Source: Candidatus Thorarchaeota archaeon (GTDB lineage Archaea > Asgardarchaeota > Thorarchaeia > Thorarchaeales > Thorarchaeaceae). From it: a stretch of 64,000 nucleotides of DNA. Below, piece after piece: positions 9,297 through 19,228 of this stretch (positions within the stretch are counted from its first letter, which is position 1; each line of letters begins with the position of its first letter). The translations under genes were made by a program, and so were the position numbers. The stretch lies in contig SDNP01000001.1 of NCBI GenBank assembly GCA_004524445.1, positions 32,001 to 96,000 of the forward strand, written 5' to 3'. The notes under the pieces were generated by a model. The model was not told the origin of the DNA and made no database searches. It saw only the letters and a list, made by a program, of their open reading frames with translations.

Positions 9297-9800
9297 TTGG
9301 AGGATTTGTATGTGGATCAGGTATTGGTGAGATATTGCACAACCACTGGTATCGAGAATACAAGAAGAATCAGTATAAATGAAACCACAATAAACCTGGA
9401 CCTTAGAGATATCAAGTCCATTGACCTCTTACCCTTGATTTGGTGTTCGAAGCTACGCAAGCTCAGCCTTAGATGCAATCAAATCACAGATGTCAATTTG
9501 TCTCCTTTATCAAAATGTAAAAATCTTGAGAGTCTTCTGCTATCGAACAATCTTTTGGAAGAGATAGATTTCGACCCCCTCAGCGAATGTCCCCACCTAC
9601 AAGAGATTGATATAAGGAATAATAACATCCGCTCTGTTGATCTCTCTCCACTCTTTCATTGTTCTGAACTCACTAGTTTGAAGATGGACGAAGGCACTAC
9701 ACTGACAGCTGATCTCCTTCTCCGATCAATAGGAACATGGCCAGAGGTTTTGATAGACAAGTTTCATAAAATACTCTGGAAAGCTTCACCGGATGTCTAA
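9297..9800 (+). CDS. Short leucine-rich repeat protein
   Basis: Repeated LxxLxLxxNxIxxVDLxPL units. Confidence 0.88.
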   Translation: MEDLYVDQVLVRYCTTTGIENTRRISINETTINLDLRDIKSIDLLPLIWCSKLRKLSLRCNQITDVNLSPLSKCKNLESLLLSNNLLEEIDFDPLSECPHLQEIDIRNNNIRSVDLSPLFHCSELTSLKMDEGTTLTADLLLRSIGTWPEVLIDKFHKILWKASPDV

Positions 9801-10816
9801 CTGTTCATTATCTCGATGGCTCCAATTTCTTCCATATCGCCCATCACTTCAAGGCCAGCACTCGTTCCAATGCCCTCATATTTTTTCTCCCATCCGCTTC
9901 CTTTTCTGCGATAGAAATTCACACCTATTTTCGCATCAAGACTCTCCTCTATCCTACCAGTCATCAACCCTTGAACGGGAGAATGTAGGGTTGCTGATTT
10001 CGTCTTTCTAGCCTGGATATCGATAGCATAATCTCTATCCACTACCGTGAAGGTCACTGAATCTTTTGTCACCATTGGTTGTGAGATTCGTGCACCTGTG
10101 TAGGTGGTGAATCTATAGATCTCTCCCTCGTAAAGCAATCCTATTAAGTAGCCCACAAAGGAGTTTCCTAACCAGGGAATATTGGCAATGGATGATGTGA
10201 AAGATATTCCCGTTTCGTCAAAATGATTAGACTGCATCCAAATCCAAGCACTAGGAAACTCTCTTCCGAAGTCCTTCTCAATATACCCTCTTCCTCCGGT
10301 AAAATCAACTTGTTTTCCATCTATCTCCAATCTTCCTTTGATTTCGTGGTCAAAACTAACGATTCCATGTAGCGTTTGCATTCTTGGGACAAATCTGAAG
10401 GGCCCCATCGCTCCTGGTGAGAAGAAGCTTACCGGCCAAGGTTTGATGTTTCCAAACCTAAGAATCCCTTTGACCTCCTGAGAGTCATTTTGCAAATGTA
10501 GCTTGATGCCATTCTGGCTGAATTGATTATCACCAACTTTTACTAAGAATTGTGATTTGGAGCTCCAAAATTCATCGATTCCATAGCTATGATACTCAGA
10601 ACTTGCATCACACCCATTCATAATCTGAACAAACGAATGACTATCTTCCCCAATCCCACCAAAGGAAACCCCTGGGATTATTGCAAATGCATTTTCTTCT
10701 GAGGCATCGACGATTTTGAAATACCATCCTTCAAAATATCTAGTCATGCTCATGGATCCCTGATACATCTCGGGTTTCCATATTGCGCGAAGCTGATGTC
10801 CTCTCAATCTGTTCAC
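9797..10816 (-). CDS. Tocopherol cyclase-like family protein
   Basis: YFEGWYFK, GYIEKDFGREFPSAWIWMQSNHF, SIANIPWLG. Confidence 0.85.
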   Translation of the reverse strand: MNRLRGHQLRAIWKPEMYQGSMSMTRYFEGWYFKIVDASEENAFAIIPGVSFGGIGEDSHSFVQIMNGCDASSEYHSYGIDEFWSSKSQFLVKVGDNQFSQNGIKLHLQNDSQEVKGILRFGNIKPWPVSFFSPGAMGPFRFVPRMQTLHGIVSFDHEIKGRLEIDGKQVDFTGGRGYIEKDFGREFPSAWIWMQSNHFDETGISFTSSIANIPWLGNSFVGYLIGLLYEGEIYRFTTYTGARISQPMVTKDSVTFTVVDRDYAIDIQARKTKSATLHSPVQGLMTGRIEESLDAKIGVNFYRRKGSGWEKKYEGIGTSAGLEVMGDMEEIGAIEIMNS

Positions 10817-10909
10817 CTAGTGCTATACTCTGATAATAGCAATCGAGCATATGTGTTATTTGGAAGAGAATTGTAATAGCAGCTGCTCAGAAAGGAGCTA
10901 TTGAAGGTT

Positions 10910-11713
10910 ATGAAAACTGGACTCATAAACAAACACGTGCTTATTACTGGAGCCTCTGGAGGCATCGGTATCCAGACAGTGAAATCACTTCTCAAAGAAA
11001 GATCCGAAGTATCTGCATGCTACCACACCAGAAGGCGTCAGCTGAATCAATTATCGGACAAATATCCGGATTCATTGAATTTGGTGAAGGCTGATGTGAA
11101 ACACGAAGATGAGGTAGCCGCTCTGTACGAATCCGCAGTATCTCGATTTGGAAGAGTGGATGTATCCATCGCAAATGCAGGTATTGCAAACGCGACTCCA
11201 GTTGGAATCCATGAAATGACGGTTGAGCAGTGGGACAATACACTCAGAGTGAATCTTCGAGGCGCCTTTCTGACAGCAAAATATTTCTTCAAGAATCTAG
11301 AGGATAATCCGGACGAAGATGCCTCGCTTATTTTAGTGGGATCCACTGCAGGGGTTTTTGGCGAGGCTTGGTTTGCCGACTATTCAACGTCAAAGGCTGG
11401 AATGACCGGTCTCATGATGAGTTTGAAAAATGAGATAGTTCAAATTGCACCACGCGGTCGGGTAAACATCGTAAACCCTGGTTGGACGTCAACCCCCATG
11501 GCTGAGGAAGCGCTTGAAGACAGAAACAGATTGTCCAGCATATTGCAGACAATTCCAATGAGGAAGGTGGCAACTCCAAGTGACATAACTAATGCAATAC
11601 TCTACTTGGCATCAGATACGCTCTCGGGTCATGTCAGTGGTCAGACCATAACGGTGGCTGGCGGAATGGAAGGCAGAGTCTTGTTCTCGAAGGAGGACGC
11701 GGTCCGGGATTAA
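10910..11713 (+). CDS. Short-chain dehydrogenase/reductase
   Basis: TGASGGIG, ANAGI, YSTSK, VNPGW. Confidence 0.9.
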   Translation: MKTGLINKHVLITGASGGIGIQTVKSLLKERSEVSACYHTRRRQLNQLSDKYPDSLNLVKADVKHEDEVAALYESAVSRFGRVDVSIANAGIANATPVGIHEMTVEQWDNTLRVNLRGAFLTAKYFFKNLEDNPDEDASLILVGSTAGVFGEAWFADYSTSKAGMTGLMMSLKNEIVQIAPRGRVNIVNPGWTSTPMAEEALEDRNRLSSILQTIPMRKVATPSDITNAILYLASDTLSGHVSGQTITVAGGMEGRVLFSKEDAVRD

Positions 11714-11765
11714 CTCGCTGATTTGCATTTTTCAGACCTAGAACACAGTTTATATACCATATAAT

Positions 11766-11797
11766 ATATAGACTATCTACATGTTACATAACAACAT
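11766..11797 (+). promoter_or_regulatory. Tandem 17-bp palindromic boxes (candidate PadR operator)
   Basis: ATATAGACTATCTACAT and ATGTTACATAACAACAT, just downstream of TTTATA at 11749. Confidence 0.45.
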
Positions 11798-11809
11798 ATT
11801 GGTGATTTT

Positions 11810-12304
11810 ATGGCAAATCTACTCTTACTTGGCTTGATGAAATTCCTTCACGACCTCTTCACGGTTCTGTGGATTGGTGGCATGCTGACTCTCGGAGTTG
11901 TTGTATTACCTTCTCTACGCAATACACTGGGAAAGGGCCCCGAAATGAAGAATATCACTGAGGCTATCAGAATACGGCTAAGCCGTGTTGCTTTAGTTAG
12001 TATCGTGGGTCTATTTATCACGGGCGTTTTTATCAGCAATTCATCACCCCTATTTGGGGGTTATATTTCATTTAGCAACACCTATTCAATGCTCCTGGCA
12101 ATCAAACACATACTGATTGGAATCATGGTGGTGATTTCATTGATTCGGAACAAGTTACTATCCCGAATGACCCCAGAAACAATGCAAAAACAAGAAAAAT
12201 TGGGAACGGTCCTGCTGCTGTTGAATATTATTCTTGGTATTTCCGTTCTATTGCTCAGCGGTTATACTGCTGCTCTCAGTACCATAGAAGCTTTGCCGCG
12301 GTAG
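11810..12304 (+). CDS. 4-TM CopD/DUF4149-like membrane protein
   Basis: FLHDLFTVLWIGGM, LLAIKHIL. Confidence 0.7.
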   Translation: MANLLLLGLMKFLHDLFTVLWIGGMLTLGVVVLPSLRNTLGKGPEMKNITEAIRIRLSRVALVSIVGLFITGVFISNSSPLFGGYISFSNTYSMLLAIKHILIGIMVVISLIRNKLLSRMTPETMQKQEKLGTVLLLLNIILGISVLLLSGYTAALSTIEALPR

Positions 12305-12381
12305 AATGGCAACTCTCAAGTGTGATAAAAAACAAGGAATCCTATACAAGCAGTAAATGTGTGAATAAGGAGAGCAAAAGA

Positions 12382-12741
12382 ATGACAGAATCTGATAGAA
12401 GTCCACTGGAACCATTGCCTCTTGTTAGAGCTCTCCTTCTCGCTTCCATTTGGCATAATCCTGACTCAACGGGTTATGACTTGATGGGGATAGTTTCAGA
12501 GTTCACGGATGAACGGGTTGAGCTAAAATCTGGAACAATATATGCAGAACTCCGTACTCTTGAAAGAGAAGGGCTTGTACAATCTATAAGAGAAGAAACT
12601 GGCCGGCGACGTAGATCCTACAGGATAACCAAAGAAGGAAGGGAGAATCTAATGCAACTGGCCGAAGAAATCAGATTCAGAACTGAACATATTCTAGGCC
12701 CACTTCTCTCTAAGGTGAACTCCTTGAAGACTGATCGCTAG
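12382..12741 (+). CDS. PadR family transcriptional regulator
   Basis: GYDLM, SGTIYAELRTLEREGLV, RRSYRITKEGRE. Confidence 0.9.
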   Translation: MTESDRSPLEPLPLVRALLLASIWHNPDSTGYDLMGIVSEFTDERVELKSGTIYAELRTLEREGLVQSIREETGRRRRSYRITKEGRENLMQLAEEIRFRTEHILGPLLSKVNSLKTDR

Positions 12742-12754
12742 AAGAGGGACTCAT

Positions 12755-13540
12755 ATGGACAAGTTGTCAGCTTTTGATTTATTCGCTAAATCTTATGATA
12801 GGTCAATTGATTGGAATGCCCGTTTGGAACATGAGATGCCCTTCATATTGGACTCGATTAAGAGTGAAAAAGCGTGCCGTGTCCTAGATATTGCATGTGG
12901 TACTGGACGTCATGCAATTGCGCTCTCAGCGGAGGGAATGAACGTCATTGGCTTGGACAACAGCAAGCAAATGATTGCTCAAGCACGAAAATATAGCAAA
13001 GAATACGGGCATCCAGTCAAGTTCATCCATGATGATATGACGAATTTGGCTAGTATATTTGATGAAGAATTCGATTTGATTATCTGCTTGGGCAATTCCT
13101 TATCCCTTCTACCTTCTCTGGAAACCGTTGAGAGAGTTCTAATTGATGCGGCGAGGCTTATTTCAGATGAGGGCTCGCTGGTCTTCCAAGTCCTTAACTT
13201 CGAGGCTATACGAAGAGCGCGCGATCGGTTCTTTCCTCTGAAGGGCGGGAAACTGGACGATGGCAAAGAGGTGATCTTTGCTCGCTTCTTTGAACATTTG
13301 AAGGAAACTGCAACTACTACCCTTGTATTGACGGCATTGATTGAAGCTAGTGAAAGCTGGAAGCCAATGGTATCTAGAAGACAGCTTATACAGATGGATA
13401 TGCCAACGACAATGAGTTTGCTCGAATCTGCTGGGCTTGGCGTCGTTGAAATCTATCAAGACTATGACAAATCCGATTTTAATCCAATAACATCAAGGAA
13501 TATTGTTGTCAGAGCCAGAAAAACACCCACGAAGAAATAG
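12755..13540 (+). CDS. Class I SAM-dependent methyltransferase
   Basis: VLDIACGTG, GLDNS, FDLIICLGNSL. Confidence 0.9.
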   Translation: MDKLSAFDLFAKSYDRSIDWNARLEHEMPFILDSIKSEKACRVLDIACGTGRHAIALSAEGMNVIGLDNSKQMIAQARKYSKEYGHPVKFIHDDMTNLASIFDEEFDLIICLGNSLSLLPSLETVERVLIDAARLISDEGSLVFQVLNFEAIRRARDRFFPLKGGKLDDGKEVIFARFFEHLKETATTTLVLTALIEASESWKPMVSRRQLIQMDMPTTMSLLESAGLGVVEIYQDYDKSDFNPITSRNIVVRARKTPTKK

Positions 13541-13544
13541 CCGG

Positions 13545-14135
13545 TTATCCGTTAATATCAGTGGGATGCTCGCCTACCAAAAGTCCATACCAAATACCTC
13601 TGTCTTTTTCCTCCAATATGATTAGGAACCAGAGTGCGCTCATTATGGTATTCAGAAGGGCATTGGCTAGAAGAAATCCTGTAGATTTGACACTCCCATC
13701 CAGCGCGAAGACGATAGCAAGCGGCCCCACTACAAGCAAAGGATCGACTATTGGCCAGAAAATGGGGTTATACCAATGATAGGTCACATCCAAGAGAAGA
13801 TGACTGAGTATGCCTATAATTGCAGATACTACCACAATGCCCGTGATTTTTGATTCCTCATTTGCTAGTTCCCGTTCTATTCCGAATATATTCGAAGCAA
13901 TTGGAGCATAGAGATATCGAACTGTGAGGAGTGATATGCCAAGTCCCAGAGTTAGGGCACCCAGTAGACTGTGAAGAATGAAATGATCCAAGAATACGCC
14001 GCGAAAGAAGAAAAATAATATGGGGACCTCTAAATCGGGGATGACCGCTCCAACCGCCATTGCAGGGAGGGAAAGACGCGAGTTTACACGCTTCAACAAA
14101 TAAGAAATCGGGTAGTGTAGCGGAGTGACTGGCAC
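13545..14135 (-). CDS. DUF4184 / membrane metal-dependent hydrolase
   Basis: MPxTPLH, IPDLE, HSLLG, SHLLLD. Confidence 0.75.
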   Translation of the reverse strand: MPVTPLHYPISYLLKRVNSRLSLPAMAVGAVIPDLEVPILFFFFRGVFLDHFILHSLLGALTLGLGISLLTVRYLYAPIASNIFGIERELANEESKITGIVVVSAIIGILSHLLLDVTYHWYNPIFWPIVDPLLVVGPLAIVFALDGSVKSTGFLLANALLNTIMSALWFLIILEEKDRGIWYGLLVGEHPTDING

Positions 14136-14235
14136 CTATTCATCTCACCTTGCTTATTGTCTATCAAGTTCCCTCAAATACCTTTCAATATTCTTATAGA
14201 TGGGATATTGTACCTCGTTTTTTGGTGTTTGAATA

Positions 14236-14754
14236 ATGGGACTTCATGAATTTGATGGCAAAACCCCACAAGCGGACCCCGATGCCTACATATCCCCACG
14301 AGCCTCTATTATCGGCGATGTCAAAATCGGTCCCGATAGCAGTATTTGGGAATTTGCTGTGCTGCGCGGAGATATGAATCATATCAGAATTGGGCGAGGA
14401 ACCTCTATTCAGGATAATGCAACTATTCATACTGAGTTCATGAATCCCACAGAGATTGGTGACTATGTTACAGCTGGTCACAACTGTGTGATTCATGGTG
14501 CCAAAATCGAGGACTATGTTGTCGTCGGTATTGGCTCTATTGTGTTGTCGGGTTCAAAAATAGGACATAATAGCGTGATTGGTGCGGGTGCTGTAGTTAC
14601 TGAGAATACCGAGATACCTCCCAACTCTCTCGTACTTGGAATTCCAGGTAAAGTTGTCAGAGAGGTACCGGAGGCCTTGAAGGAGTCGTTCAAGAATAAT
14701 GCCGAGCTCTACATCGAACTTGGTAGACAGCATAAGAAACTTCTAGATGACTAG
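14236..14754 (+). CDS. Gamma carbonic anhydrase family protein (YrdA/PaaY-like)
   Basis: Hexapeptide repeats; LRGD, IQDNATIH, GHNCVIHG. Confidence 0.92.
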   Translation: MGLHEFDGKTPQADPDAYISPRASIIGDVKIGPDSSIWEFAVLRGDMNHIRIGRGTSIQDNATIHTEFMNPTEIGDYVTAGHNCVIHGAKIEDYVVVGIGSIVLSGSKIGHNSVIGAGAVVTENTEIPPNSLVLGIPGKVVREVPEALKESFKNNAELYIELGRQHKKLLDD

Positions 14755-14847
14755 ATAGAGCAATAGACGTTGTCAACAAATCTTACTCATCTCGCATATA
14801 GAGGTCCAGGTTTTTTGGTCATAAAAAAAGGAAATAGGCTGACCGAT

Positions 14848-16599
14848 TCAGTCAACCATTCCTCTCTTCTCAAGTTCCTGTTTTCGAAGCTCCCGTCTCA
14901 AGACTTTGCCGACTTGACTTAGCGGAAGTGAATCAACGATATCAACTTCTCGAGGCCTCTTGTATCCTGCCATCCGCTCCCGTGCCCACTCTATGAACTC
15001 CTCTGAACTAACATCGACATTATCCTTTGGTACAATGAATGCTTTTACATACTCATTGGATGGGTCGTCTTCACGTGGGACGCCAATGGCTGCAGCCATG
15101 GCTATCTTAGGATGTTCATAAAACACATCCTCAATCTCACGGGGGTATGCCTTCAATCCGCCTACGTTAATCATATCCTTTTTTCGATCCGAAATAACAA
15201 AGTACCCCTCGCTATCCATATGCCCAATGTCGCCAGTAAGGAAGAACCGTTTGCCTTCGAACTCTCGCATTACATTCTCAGTTTCTTCCGGTTTTCCGTA
15301 GTAACCCATCATGACTTGTGGTCCGTGTATGGCTATTTCTCCGGTTTCTCCGACGCTCAGTTCGCTTGTACCAGTATCAGCGTCAACAATCTTCGCTATT
15401 GTATCAGGCACTGGCAAACCAATGGAGCCAAATCGTCTATCACGCTTATTTGTCGGATTGATATGGGTGACTGGTGAGGTTTCACTGAGCCCGTAGCCCT
15501 CAAATAGGATGGCACCTGTGACATCCTCGAAGTTTTTCGCTAGCTCAGGTGGCAAAGGTGCCGCTCCAGAGCTGCATATTTTGATGGATGTCAAATCATA
15601 ATCATCTACGTGGGGGTGGTTAACAATCCCCGCGTACAACGCAGGAACACAATTGAGAATTGTCCCTCTATACTTCTCCAAGTCCCTGAGTAAATCAGAT
15701 AATGGAGGATCTCCCGCACGTGGGTCTGGAATGCAGACCAATTGACCTGCCAAGTACGTGCTCATCAACAGCGTAAGCGTCAGACCGTAGCTGTGGTACC
15801 AAGGAAGTGCACCAACGAAGACCTCCTCTCCATAGATAATCTTCTTCGGAGCGTCTATATCCTCTGGTGATAAATTCACCCATTCATTGATTTGAAGTAC
15901 GTTTGCAAGGAGATTCCTATGCCTGAGTGCTGCTCCTTTGGGCGTTCCAGTAGTACCTCCCGTATAGAGAATCAGTGCCAAATCATCTGGGTCTACCTCT
16001 ACATCGGGTGATTTTGCTTCATACTCGTCAATTATGTCATCATAGAAATACGTGATACTATCTTTGTAGTACGGACTCTTAGGGATTTTGCCCAAAAGAC
16101 CGCCAATGATACCCTTGAGTTTTGGTAGAAATCCCTTCACGCCGCATACAATCACAGTATCAACATCTGTGCCTTCTATAGCCTCGAAACAAGTGGGAGT
16201 GAACTTAGGATGATCCATTACAAATACTACGGTTGCCCCTGTGTCATTGAGTTGGTAGTTCAGTTCACGCGCTTTGTACATTGGATTGCAGGTGACAACG
16301 GTTGCTCCGGTCTTTAACGAACCAAAAAAGACTGGAGGGAAATGAGGAAGATTTGGTAGAAATAGCGCTACCTTATCATTAGGTCCTATTCCTTTGCTTG
16401 CTAAGAAATTAGCAATTTTGTCTGCACTTGCTTTCACTTCTGAAAACGTATGAGAAACTCCTGCCCAAACTGTATACGGTCTATCTCCACTCTCTTCTGC
16501 TGCTCTGTCAAGCATCGCAAACAATGGCTCATCCGGATACTCCAACTCCTTTCGAGCATCCTCCGGCCATCGATGTTTATGCCATAGATATTCTTTCAT
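14848..16599 (-). CDS. Long-chain acyl-CoA ligase (AMP-forming)
   Basis: YTGGTTGTPKG, EGYGLSE, TGDIG, DRKKDMI, GKVLRR. Confidence 0.93.
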   Translation of the reverse strand: MKEYLWHKHRWPEDARKELEYPDEPLFAMLDRAAEESGDRPYTVWAGVSHTFSEVKASADKIANFLASKGIGPNDKVALFLPNLPHFPPVFFGSLKTGATVVTCNPMYKARELNYQLNDTGATVVFVMDHPKFTPTCFEAIEGTDVDTVIVCGVKGFLPKLKGIIGGLLGKIPKSPYYKDSITYFYDDIIDEYEAKSPDVEVDPDDLALILYTGGTTGTPKGAALRHRNLLANVLQINEWVNLSPEDIDAPKKIIYGEEVFVGALPWYHSYGLTLTLLMSTYLAGQLVCIPDPRAGDPPLSDLLRDLEKYRGTILNCVPALYAGIVNHPHVDDYDLTSIKICSSGAAPLPPELAKNFEDVTGAILFEGYGLSETSPVTHINPTNKRDRRFGSIGLPVPDTIAKIVDADTGTSELSVGETGEIAIHGPQVMMGYYGKPEETENVMREFEGKRFFLTGDIGHMDSEGYFVISDRKKDMINVGGLKAYPREIEDVFYEHPKIAMAAAIGVPREDDPSNEYVKAFIVPKDNVDVSSEEFIEWARERMAGYKRPREVDIVDSLPLSQVGKVLRRELRKQELEKRGMVD

Positions 16600-16766
16600 T
16601 TTTTATTCACGCCTTATCTCTTTTTTCCCGACTCAATACATCGAGATATCACTGCTCCATATATGCAGCATAGCAAATATGTCCTTCTACTAGCTGCAAA
16701 TTGCTCTTTTTGACACGATAGATATACATTCCATCTTACACAACAAATAAGACGGGAAAAAACCAT

Positions 16767-18005
16767 GTGTGTTTTGTTGTCCAATATTATTCACAGTCCA
16801 GGAGACCATCTTCGTTGACCCATGGTGAGGTAATAGAATATTCTGCACAGTTAGTAGGTTCGCAGAAAGACACCGAAGAAGACGTTATGGGGTATATATA
16901 TCCGCACTGTCCTGTAGAGATTCTCGCGGCGCATGGTTTCACCGCTTCCCTTCTGAAGGCAGTTCCCGAGATAAAGGGGGGTTTTGAGTCCAGCCTCCAG
17001 ACGTTTGCTTGTTCGTTGACTAGAAACCTCTTCTCACAACGTCAGAATGGTACACTTCCCCCTTTAGATGGCATCCTCTTTCCTGGGAATACTTGTGACT
17101 CCCTCCAGAATGTGGGTGATGTCTGGAAAAAACGGTTTCCAGAAGACAAGGTGTTTCGCCTCACTTATCCAGCTATCATTGACAGAAACGCAGCAATTGA
17201 ATTCCTTAGCAGCGAACTGAGGCTCCTGAGTAACAAGCTCGAGATTCGTTATGGGCGGGCGCTGTCCGAAACAAAATTATCAGATGCTATCTCTTTATGG
17301 AATCAGTTCAGGAATATGACACAATTTGCTTATGCGGCAAGGATTTTGAACCCCACTGTTGTTTCTTATAGTACTCTTTCAAGAAGGGCCCGGAATTTTC
17401 TAAGTCATCCATCACTTCGCAATTTGGACCCCCTGAGAAAACTAGTCACGAAAATCGAACGCGAGATGGATTTAGAGGCTGTGAAGCGGCTTCAGAACGG
17501 ATTGTTGAAAGAACGTCTGTCTGGACTAGATTTCACATTTGATGATTCAAAAACCAGACTGCTTGTGGCTGGTGGGATGGTAGAACCCGCTGCAATATCA
17601 GAGCTTCTTGAACCCTCTCAGAAGCTACAAGATGTTGACATTGTGCTAGACTTGCTGAGTTATGGATTCAAAACTGTCTTTACACCTCCCATCCATGAGG
17701 AAAATCTATTCGATTCAACAGCAAAATCAATGCTTCATTCGCCTCTGGAACCTACACAAGAAGGGCTAACTCGAAGAATGGAGATGCTGAAAGAATATCT
17801 CACGCAACTAAAAATCGATGGCATTGTAGTCTGCGAGCAATCATTTTGTGATCCCGATCAATTTGAAGCACCATCCATGATTCGAGTCGCCAGAAAGCTG
17901 AGTATACCTGCTACGAGGTTGCCTCTCGATCCTGAATTATCAGATAGGTCTCGCATTGAAGGAAGACTGCAAACATTGGTTGAGAGCATTCATGGGGGGA
18001 AATGA
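16767..18005 (+). CDS. 2-hydroxyacyl-CoA dehydratase / class I benzoyl-CoA reductase family subunit (beta-type); start uncertain
   Basis: PVEIL, FACSL, NTCDSLQ, SFCDPDQFE. Confidence 0.8.
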   Translation: MCFVVQYYSQSRRPSSLTHGEVIEYSAQLVGSQKDTEEDVMGYIYPHCPVEILAAHGFTASLLKAVPEIKGGFESSLQTFACSLTRNLFSQRQNGTLPPLDGILFPGNTCDSLQNVGDVWKKRFPEDKVFRLTYPAIIDRNAAIEFLSSELRLLSNKLEIRYGRALSETKLSDAISLWNQFRNMTQFAYAARILNPTVVSYSTLSRRARNFLSHPSLRNLDPLRKLVTKIEREMDLEAVKRLQNGLLKERLSGLDFTFDDSKTRLLVAGGMVEPAAISELLEPSQKLQDVDIVLDLLSYGFKTVFTPPIHEENLFDSTAKSMLHSPLEPTQEGLTRRMEMLKEYLTQLKIDGIVVCEQSFCDPDQFEAPSMIRVARKLSIPATRLPLDPELSDRSRIEGRLQTLVESIHGGK

Positions 18006-18010
18006 CATAG

Positions 18011-19228
18011 ATGGTTGATAATGAAGATACGAACAAAGCATATCGTCGCCTAAAAACTAGCCAGCTACTGCAACGGGTCATGTTCAGATACATGCTGGAA
18101 GGGCATGCAGCGAGTGAAGAGGGAAACCTTGCATATGTCACTTCTGGTTTTCCGGTGGAGATTCCTGTTGCGATGGGTGTAACACCCACCTATCCAGAGC
18201 AATATGGTGCTGTTGTGGGGTCACAAAAGGTGGGCCCGATGATCTGTGGATTTGCTGAGGAGATGGGGTATTCACAAGAGCTATGTTCTTATGCACGATC
18301 AGGAATTGGCTCAGTCAAAAACCCGGGAGCGAGCCCCTTGGAGGGTCTTCCCCGCCCTCAGGCTCTCCTTGCATGCAATAATATCTGTGGAACAGTTTTG
18401 AGATGGTATGATGCAGTAGCTGAGATTACTGGTGCTCCAGTGTTCCTACTAGATACCCCTCCCATGGAGGGGGAACAACTTCCACACCATCGAGAGTATG
18501 TTAAGAAGGGCCTTGATGAACTGGTTGCCTTTCTCTCAAAGACCTTCAAGACTGCTCTTGAGGAAATCAAGCTTCGAGAAGTAGCAGCACTCTCTTCAAA
18601 GGCAATAGATCTGTGGACACAAAGCCTTGAGGCGTGCAAGGCCATCCCCAGTCCTCTAAATTGTGCTGATAGATTTCTCACAATGGCACCTGTTGTGTCT
18701 ATGCGGGGTACAGAACATATTCTTGAATTCTATGAGAAACTACTAGAAGAGGTAAAGACCAGAGTATCTAATGGCATCGGAGCTATCCGTGATGAGAAAA
18801 TCCGTCTTCTCTGGGACAATATCCCTCCCTGGTTTCAGATATTCAAATTCTTCAATGGACTTGCAAAGAGAGGGGTAGTATTTCCAGCTGATACTTACAC
18901 TCACGCTTGGTCGGGCTCAATCAGGGGCGGGAACTTGTATGATAGCATCGCAGATATCTATAGCAACGTATACCTTAACAAGGGTCTGGATGCAAAAATT
19001 GACAAAATGTGTGAATTAATAGAAGATTATCGCCTTGATGGATTTGTGATGTTTTCAGTTAGATCTTGCAAGAGGTATTCCATCGGTCAGCTTGTGTCTA
19101 AAGAAGTGGTCACTGAAAGAACAGGCATACCCGGAGTTGTGATTGAAGGTGATATGGTAGATAGCAGACTATTCAATGATGCTCAAATACAAACTCGGGT
19201 TGATGCACTACTTGAAATGTTCATATGA
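18011..19228 (+). CDS. 2-hydroxyacyl-CoA dehydratase / BCR family subunit (alpha-type)
   Basis: YPEQ, ELCSYAR, CNNICG, RSCKRYS, IEGDMVD. Confidence 0.88.
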   Translation: MVDNEDTNKAYRRLKTSQLLQRVMFRYMLEGHAASEEGNLAYVTSGFPVEIPVAMGVTPTYPEQYGAVVGSQKVGPMICGFAEEMGYSQELCSYARSGIGSVKNPGASPLEGLPRPQALLACNNICGTVLRWYDAVAEITGAPVFLLDTPPMEGEQLPHHREYVKKGLDELVAFLSKTFKTALEEIKLREVAALSSKAIDLWTQSLEACKAIPSPLNCADRFLTMAPVVSMRGTEHILEFYEKLLEEVKTRVSNGIGAIRDEKIRLLWDNIPPWFQIFKFFNGLAKRGVVFPADTYTHAWSGSIRGGNLYDSIADIYSNVYLNKGLDAKIDKMCELIEDYRLDGFVMFSVRSCKRYSIGQLVSKEVVTERTGIPGVVIEGDMVDSRLFNDAQIQTRVDALLEMFI

